Below, in pieces: positions 41,901 through 54,249 of a stretch of 64,000 nucleotides of DNA. Source of the DNA: Nageia nagi (lineage: Eukaryota; Plantae; Pinophyta); the NCBI GenBank assembly GCA_050084985.1, contig JBITNC010000001.1, positions 151,218,001 to 151,282,000 on the forward strand, read 5' to 3'. The stretch's first letter is position 1. Each line of letters begins with the position of its first letter. The notes beneath the pieces were generated by a model, which was not told where the DNA came from, made no database searches, and worked only from the letters and a program-made list of their open reading frames with translations. Position numbers and translations under genes: made by a program.

Positions 41901-43058
41901 AACATATTCTTGAGAATGTTATACATGGATTCAAAGGGAGTTTACAACAACTCTTTTATCATTATTGTCAAAGGGGGAGAAGAGTTACAAGAAAATATAT
42001 GTGTGTTGCCAACAATTCCAAAGGGGAAGATTATTAAGCAAGGTATTTTCATTATTTTCAACACACTCTTTTGGGCATATACTGGTGACATTATTATGCA
42101 ATTATTATAATATTGTGATGTGTTAGTTGGTTGCATGGAAGATAATAAGTGAAATTGTTTGAGAAAATATCAATCATCTTTGGAAGGGCATAAGTTTTGA
42201 TAGAGGAATCCAATTGAGTTGATTATTTATTAATTATATATCCCTTGAAGAAACATTTCTAATAAATATGAATATTCCTACCTTTTATAAATATTTGACC
42301 TTCATTCAAGCCATTTTGTTTAGGGGGCATTTTGGAGGTCCATTAGCGTAAGGGGCGTTTTGGAGGCCCGTTAGCGTAGGAGCATTTTGGAGGCATGTTA
42401 GCATAGGGGCATTTTGGAGGCTAGATTACATTTTTCTTGCTTTAAAAGGCCAAAAAAGCAAGGGTTTGTTTTGAGGGCATGAGATATGGTTGGATTCAAG
42501 AAGTGTATGAGTGTTCAGGGTGTTGAAGATATAGAGATCGAGATCATCAATGTGTAGAGTATGACTTTATTTGTATGTAGGGTTTGAGAAGATTATAGAG
42601 TTTGGACAGAAGCATTCGGATAAAGAGTTTCATGAGCTAGACTATTCAGAGTCTTTTGATAAGGTTTAATATTCTTCATCGAATATTTATGATTTTCCAT
42701 TTGGTGTTGGTAAATCAGGGGATTGATGTCTCCTTCAAATTGGTGATGGTAAATTAGGGGATTAGTGTCTCCATCCAGTTGATGTTGGTAAATCAGGAGT
42801 TGGTGCTCCTTCTAGTGGGTGCTAGTAAATTGGTTGTAAACTTAGTGCTTTTCAAAGGTTGGATTTGGATGGAATTTTGAGCAATCATTTTCAAGGATGT
42901 AGCCAAATTGATGAACCTCATTACATTGTATGTTTGTGATGTTTTAGATGTGTTTGTTATGTATGGTTTCAATTTTGTATTACTTTAGTTTTAAATATTG
43001 AGGAATTAATTTACCACATTTATTTATCCCCCCTCTTACTGTCATTATGCAACCAACA
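38967..43058 (+). mobile_element. Non-autonomous Sirevirus(SIRE)-like copia derivative with ~1-kb LTRs and a gag-only interior
   Basis: LTRs 38967-39965 and 42032-43058; TSD ATAGT; PBS TGGTAGCAGAG at 39968-39978; C-rich TCACCCCCCCTCT near the LTR 3' end; several PPT-like tracts (41970, 42020). Confidence 0.88.
40017..41240 (+). pseudogene. gag-like coiled-coil protein with three CCHC-type zinc knuckles, decayed
   Basis: E/K-rich coiled coil ending KFGLGY, followed by YFKCNQFGHKVERC, CFKCSWFSHRASNC and YSNCNVYGHMARFY. Confidence 0.7.
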
Positions 43059-43976
43059 ATAGTATCAAGCATGGTGTAGCCTTGATATACGAACTATGGA
43101 GATCTCATGTGGTATAACATGAGGGTTATATCATGGATTTGTGATATGTAGATTATATGATGTTTGTTGTATGGATATCATTGGATGTGTTGTGGTTGCA
43201 CATGTGATTTTATATTATATGATCTAGAGGCGTATTTGCTTGATTGTACAAAGTATTGATAATACATTCTAAAGGAGTTAGCACTCCTTGTTCTTACTTG
43301 ATGTCATCCAAAGCAGATGAACTATGGTAAATCTCTTTGTTGTGTGGTATCATTACCTTGTTGTTTATTTGTTATTTCATTATCACTTGAATATAGTCTT
43401 GGTAGATCCCAACATATTTCTCCTTTGGTTGTACTATCTATGATGGAAAATACTAATATGCACATGCACAATCTAGTAGATTACATGAATGCTTATTTGC
43501 AGGACATGAAAGATGAAAATGAGATCATATTTCCTTAGGACTACAGTAACTGCCTTGTTGATTGGTTGTTTTATTTGCATGTTGATGGATAATTTTAATT
43601 TTTTTTACAGCATGTATAAATCTTGATGTTGTCTTTGCACCAAAGGATACTTGGAAGGTAATATCTTGACATGTTGATGATGTGGAGCTAGAATTTGATG
43701 TTGATATTACATGCGAGGAGAGATAGAACCTTAAAGACCTTATTTCTATTGATGGAGTTGCAAATTTGGTTTGGTATTGCTTGAGGGAAAGTAATTTTGA
43801 GTGGGGTGGATTTGTAATGTCCCCATTTTTACACCCATTTCATTAAATAAATTTTAATGATGATATGGATAATTTGGAATGGTGCGTCCCATATCTAGGA
43901 GAGATGTGGCTTGATTTGGATGAGTTTTATCATTCCAAGGATGGCCTAAGATATAATGAAGCATTAATAGTGAGTT

Positions 43977-46900
43977 TGTTGGAATGTATAATGTATTGTT
44001 GTAAGGTTCTTCTTGTAAATTCACCAATACTAAATGGTATCTCTATATACCTTAAGTATTTAAGTGAATATGATAATGTAACTTGTCCTACACTCCTCCT
44101 CATGAGCAAGCCCCTTGGGTAAAAGGGTGAATCATGTCATGTCTTTACACAATAGTTAAAAGAGTGATACAAAGGAGGATTTTGGTCTATAAATAGAAGT
44201 TCCTCTTCTTGTGATCACACACCAAAATTTAAAATAAAGGTATGCTCCAGGATTAGTGTTAGGAGAGGAAGAAAGAGGTCTTGTAAAAGAGTTGTCTTTG
44301 TGAATGAGATAGATCTTAGTTAGTGGATGTACTCCCATGGTTGGTGGAACCACCTTACATTGGTGTCAAATTGTGAGATTGTTCATGCTTTGAGTATTGT
44401 TGTTTTAGAGAGCTTTCATATAATATTGGGCATATAGGAATTAGATCTTTAATATTAATTCCATCATTTGGTATCAAGAGCTTGATGTGAAGGTTCCTCC
44501 TCAACATTGCTTTGAAGGTTCGTCCCACTCATTCCATCTTCTTTGGTGACGTAAAAAGGTTTGTGAAGGTATAACCGCTTATCTTCTTTTTCAAAATTTT
44601 GACTAAGTTCATTATAATAAATTAACACTTTTTGTTATATGTTAGTTCAATCGTTTTAAGCAAAATTGACTTCAAAATAGCAATATACTATTTTTATGAT
44701 TTACACTAACATTTTTTTTGTTAGTTATACATTTTGATAATTTACTCAATTAACAATAACGTATTGTTAGTAAATTAATTTTGCATTTTTTCTTTACTTT
44801 GTTAATTTTTTCAATTATAAAAAAAATAGAAAGGGAGAGGGAACATCTATAAAAAAATTATATATGTAAAATCTATATTATAAGGGGGTTTCCTTTTTTT
44901 CTATAAATAAAATCCTTACAGTATAGTTATAACAAATACCATTAAAAAAAAAAGTGGAGGATATTTTAAAAAATCTTTGCCACATAATAAAAAAAAGGGG
45001 GAAAGTTTTTAAAATTTTACAAATATTTTATAAGTTTTTGGAATATTTATCAAAATATTTTTTTTTTCATTTTAAGGGGGGTGTATCTTTGGCAACACAT
45101 GCGCTTGCGTTTAACACCGCTCCAATGCAACCCCCACTCCGTATAGGTCTGCATCATGCCTATCCTATGGTTAATTTGTTTTAAAGGTGTTACTTTTAAA
45201 TAGGGAGTTTACTTTTTTTTTTAAAATGTTTTGAAGTGTTAATTTTTTTTAGTTTAAGAGGAGGGGGATGGATTTTTCTTTTTAATTATGGAATTATTTC
45301 TTTAGTGTTAAAGGTAATTCTTTTTTCCCTCTAAAGTTAAATTGTTAAAAGGGGTTGAATGTTTTTTTGGCAAATTGAGGCTTTTTCTTTATAAACGTTA
45401 AAATAAGGGAATTTTTTAGTGCTAAAGCATTTTTTTGCAATAAGGAGATTTTTTAAAGGAAATTTTTTAGGTTCAATTTTTTTAAGTAAAGAAGGGGGAA
45501 TTTTTTTCTATTAATGCTTTTTACTTAAAAAAAAATTAGAATTTTTTTCCTAAATGCATTTGAATAAATAAAGGATGCATACCTATTACTTAGAATTTTA
45601 GTGGATGTCTTTTAAATGTTCACTTTGGATGAACTCCTTATACAAAAATTGTGAACTTATGCATTTTTTGTAAAAAGGTCTTTTTGGGGTTGGTAACAAA
45701 ACCCATTGGACTCTTAGGTTTCAATTTAGATGATGTATAATTTTTTTACGCACTTTACTTTATATTATAAACCTTTACTTTATCTTTGAAAAATCATAAA
45801 CATTGAAAGTGCACCCGCTAAAATGAACACATCTACGTGTATATTTTGCAATATGACTTTTTTGGGGAGCCACGAGATGAGTACAAGGTAAATTTGAGCC
45901 TTTAGTATAATAATCCAAATGGTAAAAATCATGTACTTCTTAATTTCCCCTAAGTCCTCTATTGGTCTGGACATAACTCTATATAGGTGGACAAGCATGT
46001 GTGTAGTGATACCACATGTCCGCACATCTATTCAAGGATTATTATGATAACCTAAGAAGATAACTTGAAACCTAATCAAGATAATAATTTGGTCGATCCA
46101 ACATACATCACACCTTTAGAAAATAGTTAGTACTCCTCCTTATGAGAGTATATTACTGACCAAGGGAAACTGATTAAAGATTGATAGGACCTAGACTTCA
46201 CCTTATGGGTATCCATGTGAATGCCTAATTTTAAATATGTAAATAAGCCTCAAATTTACCCTTTTTACAACTATAGTACTAAGTTATTGTAAAATGTTGG
46301 ATGTATGGAATATATCATGTGATTCTGTTGTAATCCTTTTACACATGTGAAATTTGTTAAAAATTTTAAACATGTCTTTTTTTATTATTCTTGGTCAAAA
46401 TTTATCATGTCTAATTAATTCAACATGTATGGTTGATTTATTTGAAAAAATATCAACATGTATGTATGATTAATCTCAAACATGGTTAATTAATTTGATT
46501 CATAAACTTAGCATGCTTACATTGGTTAACATGTTCACCTTGTTTTGTAGCAATGGGAGATACCTTCTTACCTAAGCACATTCTCGATGGTTTCAACTAT
46601 GGCATTTGCAAACTTTGAATGAAAGTTGAACTGCAAGTAAACATTTAATAAGGAACTAGTTGTTCCTACAGAAGAGAAGGCACTTGAGGCTTATAACTCA
46701 AAGAATGAGCTAGAAACCTTTATGATTTTTCATGCAATATCAAACAAAGTGTTGCTTATGATCTCTTCATCAACCTCCATAAAGGAATCTTAGGATAGGC
46801 TCAATAAAATCTACCTAGGGTCTAAATTTTCAATAAGGTTCACCATTCTCCAAAAGTTGCTTCAATCTCATCAATGGAAAGATGAAAATGTTGTCATCTA

Positions 46901-49900
46901 TCTGAATAAGATCATTGACCTTAGGATCCAACTTATTAGTTATGATTGTAACTAGATCAATAATGAGTTCATAGTCTTCATAATTCTTCAAAGCCTTTCT
47001 TCAAAATTTAGTAACTTTGTGAAAATTATTGAGACTTATCTTGATGATAAAGAAGTATTCTCTATCGAGAACTTTTCAAGGCTCCTTCTAAAGCTCGAGA
47101 AAACTCTTAACAAAAATATATTGATCTCTTTTCCAAAGGATAACAATGTTGCTCTAGAAGCAACCAAAACTCCTTTCAAAAAAAAGTTCAAGCATCATAA
47201 GAAGTCTTTTTCTACTACCTCCAAGAAGTTTGAAAAGAAGGATGACAATAAGTACAAATAAAGAGATGGAAAGGGCAAGGTAAATAAACCAAATCTCAAG
47301 GCAAAATTTGATGGTAGTTATAACTTTTATGGCAGCTATGGTAAAAAAGAATTTGACTACTACAAGAAGAAAAGAACAAGAGAAATGAAAATGTGAAGAA
47401 CTTCAAAGGAAAGAAGAATATTAAAATTAGTTTTATTTATGGTCTTCACTCCATGTCTCTTATTTTTTTGATTGATTGGATTATTGACTCTAGGTGCACT
47501 AATTACATTGCTTTGAAAATGATAAGTTTGAAAATTTTCATAAGCATAGAAAGAATGTAGTTATGATAAGTGATAATTCAATCTTTGAAGTCCAAGGGAT
47601 TAGGAGTGTGTTGGTTCACGAATAGGTTCTTGAAAATATTTTCTATGTGCCCAAGCTTAGTATGAACCTTCTTTCCATAATTCAAATTGCAAGGGAAGGA
47701 TACTCATTTAAGTTTAAATCACACTCCTAGTGCATTAAGAAGGGACTTATGAATTTGGTGAAAGGATAAGTAAAAGATGCTATCTACATTATGGATCAAG
47801 TTCTAAAAAGATGTGTCTTGATACAAATGTTTGCTCTTGGAGAAATCTTTAGCACCAATATTTAAGGCACCTTAACTACAAAAGTATTCAAGTCATGAAA
47901 TACCAAGAACTTATGGAAGATTTTCCTTCAATATCACCCACAATTGGTCTATATGAGAAGTGCATCCTAGGCAAGATGAATAAATAAAGATTTGAAAAAA
48001 TGATAATAAGACAAGGGTAACCCAACCTCTTTAGCTTGTGCATTCAGATTTGATTGGTCTATTTTAGACTAAGTTGCTTGGGAAAGCATCTTATGTCTTG
48101 ACCTTCATCAATGACTTTAGTAGGATAAAATTTGGTTATTTACTTGAGCATAAGGATCAAACCTTTGATAGGTTCAAAGATTTTAAGGCCTTAATTGAAA
48201 ATCAAACAAAGCTTAAAATCAATATGCTAAGATATGATAATGGAGGTGAGTATAACAATAATGAATTTAATGATTATTATGCTAAGTACAAGATTAAGAG
48301 CTAGTTTATGATTCCTTATAGCCTTTAGCAAAATGGTGTTTTTGAAAGGAAAAATAGGATAATGATGGAGATGGCTAGATGCATGTTCAGAAATCTTCCT
48401 AGTTTCTTGATCGATGAAGTTGTAAACACTACAATTTATACCTTTAATAGTTGTTCCAAAAAAATTGTTGAAGGCAAAAATCCTTTTGAGGCATGGATAG
48501 GAAAGAAACCTAACATCTCTCACTATAGGATTTTTGGTTCTAAAGCCTTCTCTTACATTATTTTTGAGAAAAGTAAGAAGCTAGATAAGAGATCTAAAAA
48601 TTGCATCTTTATGGGTTATGACAGTTAGCATAAAGGTTACAAGCTCTACTTTCCATCCTATAGAGTAGTGTTCATCTTGAGGTATGTCAATTTTAATGAA
48701 CTTCCTAAGGAATTTGCTTCTAATGAGGATGTTGATGATCTAAATGACTCTTTAGTTGCACCTAACTAGTTAGATACCAATTTAGATAAGTCACCTCTTG
48801 AAAAAATTCTTCACACAAAAGATAACAAGAAGTATGACCTTGAACAAATCCTTATTTACCAAAATTGATAACAAAAAAGAGCCCTCATCATTCAAGGAAG
48901 CTTCAAAGCATGAGTGTTGGATGGAAGCCATGAAAGTGGAGTTTGATATGCTTATGAAGAAAATAACATGGGACTTGGTTCCTTATCCCAATAAGAGGAA
49001 TGTGATTAGCAATAAGTGGATTTACAAAGTCAAGTACAATTAGTTGGGGATATTAAGATATACAAGGTAAGGTCAATGGTCAAATATTTTGCTCAAAAAT
49101 ATAAAGTTGATTATAAGAAAACATTTTCTCCTGTAGCAAAGATTCCCACTGTTAGGATCATCCTTGCTCTTTCAATAGCTCAAGTTTGGAAGCTTTTTCA
49201 AATCGATGTAAAGAGTGCTTTTCTCAATGGTGACTTATATGTAGAGATATACATTAATCAACCAAAAGGAGTTGTTGTGGATGGAAAAGAGTCCTTTGTG
49301 TGAAAGTTAATGAAGTCATTGTATGAACTTGAGCAAGTACTTAGATCTTGGTATAAGAATATTTTAAGTTATTTTGAAGATATTGGATTCTCTAAGTGCT
49401 TCTTCTATTCAGATCTTTATATGTTCAATCAAGGACAAGACTTGGTCTTGATTCTTCTCTATGTAGATGATATTCTTATCATTGAAAATAATGATGAAAT
49501 CATCAAAGAGTGTATATCCAAACTTAAGGCAACTTATTAAATGATTGATCTTGGTCTCTTACACTACTATCTTGGTATGCACATGTACCAATACAAGGAT
49601 TGTACTTATATTAGTCAATCCAAGTATAACTCAAAATTTTTGCATAAGTTTAGAATGGAGTAGTGCAAATCTTTTGTGATCCCAATCTTTCCTAGAATCA
49701 CTTTAACTCTTAGCTCCAACTCTCATCTAGCATATGCTACTTATTATAAGTAATTAATTTGTAGTATACTGTATTTGACTATATCTAGGCTAGATATTAT
49801 CTTGTAGTAAATTTGATGGTATAGTTTATGCAAAAACTGTATGTTGAGTATTTCAATGCTGTGAAGCAAATCTTGAGGTATGTTGCAGGAACAAAGGATC

Positions 49901-51710
49901 TTGCTCTCAAGTATTCTAAGTTGCCCTCATTTATCCTCTTAGGGTTCTTATATTTTGACTATGGGAGAGATAGAGATGACATGAAATCAACCTTTGCGTA
50001 TGTATTTTGCATTGGTTCAAGTGCTATCTCTTGATCTTCCAATAAGCAACCTACTATTCCTCTTTCCACCACATAAGCTGAATACCGAGCCATGTCTGTT
50101 ACGGCCCAAGAAGCTATTTTGCTTAAGAATATTATAAAAGAAATTGGGTATGAGCAAGATCACCTATCTCAAATTTATTCAAATAATCATTTGATTATTT
50201 CTTTGTCTAAGAATCTTATTTTTCATTAGAAAAAAAAATATGTTGAAATCCAAGAACACTTCATTAGGGAGAAGGTTTTGGATGACATCATACACTTGTA
50301 GTATTATTCATCTTCCTTGAACTCTATTTATTTATCAACTAAACCACTTCTTGAAGCTCAATTTTTGCAAGCTCAAGTATTCTATTGAGTTAGTGAAGTT
50401 TACCTAAAGGGGGAGTGAAATTTGAATTCTTGTGTTGAATTCATGTTTGTGATGATAACTTCACCCCTAAGAGGATTTTTTGGTTGTATAGTGTTGATCT
50501 ATGTGTGTAACTTTTAGCTAGTTCTCCTTATATGATGAACTATTTGTACACTTTGAGAATGTAATATATCATCATTAGCACTATTTAGTTATCCATAAGA
50601 AAGGAGCTTATATGTGCATATTATGGATCATTTTTGTACTGTTCAGTTATCTATATGTAAGGAACTTATATGTGTATTTTGGCACTGTTCAGTTATCTAT
50701 ATACGAGAAAATCATATATGCATTTTATCATGCTATATTTGTAATGTTTATAAACACATGTTTTGTATACAATAGGTGACTATGATTATTGGCTTATAAT
50801 CTTCATGATGGCTTATAGTGCACCATTTATCAGTTTATGGATGACATTGCTTGATTTATTTATCCTTATTGATATGAATTTTTATATGATGCATCTAACT
50901 GATCTTATTTTTTTAGTTGCCTATAGCTTGCATGTTTCTTTTTGATATTTTAGGTTACTTACTTTAGGTTTGAAGGCTCATGAAAACTCATCATGTCAAC
51001 TTTTGGTTGGATGACTACTATATGTACATTGAAATTAGTTACGATAAATAATTATATTGTAAACCATTTATCTAAATGGTAAAGTAGTGAGTCTTAAACT
51101 AATATCTTGCTTACTTCATAAAGATGTAAAAAAATTCTTTTCTAATTGTAAATGTATGGAGGAGAACTCTCTCTTACTCTCTTTTTCTTATGTCTTCTTC
51201 ACTTTATCCCAATATTGCATTAAGAGGGAGTGTTGGAATGTATACTGAATTATTTAAATGAATATGATATGATAATATACCAATACTTAGATACCTTAAG
51301 TATTTAAATAAATATGATAATGTAACTTGTCCTACAATCCTTCTCATGAAAATGCCCCTTGGGTAAAAGGGTGAAATATGTCATGTATTTGTACAATGGT
51401 TAAAAGGGTGATCCAAGGGAGGATTTTGGCCTATAAATATAAGGCACTCTCCTTGTAATCACACACCAAAAGTTGAAGCAAAGTTATGCTCTATGATTAT
51501 TGTTAGGAGAAGAAGAAAGATATCTTGTAAGAGACTTATCTTTGTGAATGAGGAATATCTTAGTTAGTGGATGTACTCCCATGGTTGGAGGAACCACTTT
51601 ACATTGGTGTAAAATTGTGAGATTATTTATGCTTTGAGTATTATTGTTTGATAAGGCTTTCATATAAACATGGGCATATAAGAATTGGATCTTTAGTCTT
51701 AATTCCATTA
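43977..51710 (+). mobile_element. Full-length decayed Ty1/copia LTR retrotransposon inserted in a gypsy LTR
   Basis: LTRs 43977-44466 and 51231-51710 (TGTTGGAATG...TTCCATCA/TTCCATTA); PBS TGGTATCAAGAGC at 44469-44481; PPT AAGAGGGAG at 51222-51230. The TSD is eroded (GAGTT vs AATTT). Confidence 0.92.
46553..50415 (+). pseudogene. copia gag-pol pseudogene (gag-PR-INT-RT-RH)
   Basis: Motifs: LDGFNYGI (gag), WIIDSRC (protease), LVHSDLIG and DNGGEY (integrase), QIDVKSAFLNG and LLYVDD (RT), AEYRAM and HFIREKV (RNase H). Numerous stops. Confidence 0.9.
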
Positions 51711-52700
51711 AATTTATGGGAGCGTTGCACTTCATTACCTTATTATGTCTTATTTGACCACTAAAGGTGGCATGTATCTTTCCTAGGGATGTGTAGTAAT
51801 GTTATTGTAGTTAGGCATGCTTTGGAGTATTTAAGAGTGATGTAGTTATCTTTCTATATAAGTGTCCTATATAACTCTTTTATTACACTATAATGTGACC
51901 AATGAACCACTAGGAGTGGGACTTCCTCTTCTAGGGGATTGTGAGTGTATTTTAATGTGTTTAAGAGTTAAATAATTTTGTGTAGTATTATTAGGTCATT
52001 TGGAATCTTGATATGAGAAAATTGTAATTTTAAGAGCTATTTGTGAGCCCTAATGTGGGACATCCAGTTTGGTATGACTATGAGGTGAGATATAGGTCCC
52101 AAAAATGGAATGTCTAGCTATATGAGAGGGGAGTGCACCACTTCCAGGTCATCTTTTTCCTATCAACCATTTATCTCTTTTGAGAATTGGCTACAAATTC
52201 AGTTTCTAACCTCTTATGGATGAAAACTTGCAAGATAGTGGTTTAATAAGATGAAAACCCTTTTAGATCTAGATCTTGAGGACAACATTTTTTAAGTCAT
52301 TATTCTAGTGGTGCAAGTCCAATAGTTGGGAGTTCCTTTGGTGGTGCGTCTAGCCTGTGGAGTTGCAATGAGCTAATTTTTAGTTCATATCTTGAGGTTA
52401 GAGGCCTTAACAATGTTAAATCTAATCAATTTGTGTATTTTTGAGTTACTTGTTGCCAGATTTGATCTTCTAAGCCAAAGACCCAACCCTTTGGGCCATT
52501 ATTTATGATTTTGGTGATTTTCAATGAGATTTCCAAACTCAGGACATCTTTTGGACAATTTTTAAGCATTGTAATTGATTCCTTAATGTAAAATATTTCA
52601 GATCTAGTTTTTCTATCTCAAATAAAAATTATTTTGTGTGGAATTTGGCCTATTCGAATAAAATTATTTTTTTACTAATTTGAGACATTACATACTCTCA

Positions 52701-52953
52701 CTTTATGATCACTCCCTTTGTTGGTTGGCATATTAACCATTACTTTACAATCACTCCCTTTGTTAGTTGGGTTATTAACCATTACTTTATGATCACTCCC
52801 TTTTTTGGTTGGGGCATTACTCATCACTTTATGATCTCTCCCTTTTCTTAGTTGGGGCATTAACCATCAATTTATGATCACTCCCTTTGTTAGTTGGGAT
52901 ATTAACCATCACCTTATGATCACTTCCTTTATTGGTTGAGATATTAACTATAA
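52701..52953. repeat. 42-bp minisatellite, 6 copies plus a degenerate partial
   Basis: Unit approximately CTTTATGATCACTCCCTTTGTTGGTTGGGATATTAACCATCA, starting at 52701, 52743, 52785, 52827, 52870 and 52912. Confidence 0.92.
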
Positions 52954-53644
52954 CTTATTTTTACCTTTTTTGGTTGGGTTTTTAATTTATCATCAATACC
53001 CATGAATGAGGTACTTAATGCTACCATTATGATGTTTTCTTTATATTAATTTTATTGTTGCTTCAATCATGATGTATCTTTTGTAAGATAAATTTGTGAA
53101 GTATCTATGAATGGGGTATTATGTTCTATTATGACCACATAGGTCCATAATAGGGAATAATGCTACCATGATGACATGATGATGCTATCTTATATTAATT
53201 TCATCTTTGCTTTTACTAATGATATATTTGTACAATATAAACATGCATTGTATTTATCATATTATATTAATTTCATTTTTACTCTTACTCATGTAATATA
53301 TTTGTATATGATGAATATTTGTATGCCTTTTTGGAGATATTTGTTGTTCTCTCATTGTAGGTTATTTGCATTTGATTATCTCAACTCACTAAGTCTCTTC
53401 TCCAATAATCAATGCAAAGAGGGGGCATGATACATCATAAAAAATTTGATGATCCGATGTTTTGCTAATATTAGGGGAGTATTTGTTTTCTCTCTACTAT
53501 TTCTTTTCTTTGCAAGCATAATTATATTTTATTTCATTCAAATTACAAAGGGGGGAAACTATTGACACATTTTGATACCTAATATCTCAAATTAGTTATT
53601 ATATTGCTTATTTGATAATAATAATTATTTTAATGTTATATATC

Positions 53645-53647
<3 letters not shown>

Positions 53648-53687
<40 letters not shown>
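53648..53687. repeat. (TA)n microsatellite
   Basis: About 19 consecutive TA units. Confidence 0.95.
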
Positions 53688-53689
<2 letters not shown>

Positions 53690-54249
53690 CATGTTGTTTC
53701 TTTTTTTATTGTGCAAGCATCCTAATGTTAACATTAGATTTTAGGTGGATATTCTAGTGGTCCTCTTGCATATAAAAGAAAGAAACATATGCATGGGATG
53801 ACTATCAGATCTTTATCTTAATAAGACTATGCACACTACTTCAATGATTTTTGTATCTTAAGATCCTACTTCAATGATAAGCTCATGCTTGTGCATATAA
53901 TAAATCATCCAAGTAAGGTCATAGGTGCATTATCTTTAATATCTTTCTCTTATGCTCTTTATTGCTTGTTAAACATTTATGTTATTTAATCATTGAATTA
54001 TTTTAAATATATATAAGATTATTTCAAGTATCAAGTGGATTTGATCAATCCATATGTAAAGAGAAGAATATTGAATCCGCATAAAGTAGATGGGTGATCT
54101 TTGTTCTCATATGTATTTGAATACCTTGTATAACATATGATATATTATCTTGAAGAATACTTATGCTAAATCTTTTTATAACTAATAAAAACAAGAGTAG
54201 AGATAGAGAGCATCCTTATCTTACTATTTTCATAGTTTCTTGAATCACC

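Larger units (their letters stand above)
35340..52692 (+). mobile_element. Degenerate Ty3/gypsy (chromovirus-type gag/protease) host element; 3' LTR split into 43813-43976 and 51711-52692
   Basis: Gag-like YDGNDKMEARAWL*KLQTY at ~35847; KKLCFSCNNLW at ~36464; protease LINSGKIHNFID at ~36777; PPT GAGTGGGGTGG before TGTAATGTCC at 43813; matching inverted terminus GAGACATTACA ending at 52692. No 5' LTR found. Confidence 0.6.
52693..54135 (+). mobile_element. 3' end of an old copia/SIRE-like element: multiple PPTs and a probable LTR (~53560-54135)
   Basis: AAAGAGGGGG (53416), AGGGGAG (53473) and AAAGGGGGGA (53547), followed by TATTGACAC...TATAACA. Confidence 0.4.

Noticed and set aside
24085-43830. 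Pairing the two TGTAATGTCCCCATTTTT starts (24085 and 43813) as LTRs of one element
   Set aside because: Similarity ends after ~19 bp, and the first has its own TSD as a solo LTR.
52701-52953. CRISPR-like regular array
   Set aside because: The units are contiguous with no unique spacers, there are no cas genes, and the context is plant nuclear DNA. It is a minisatellite.
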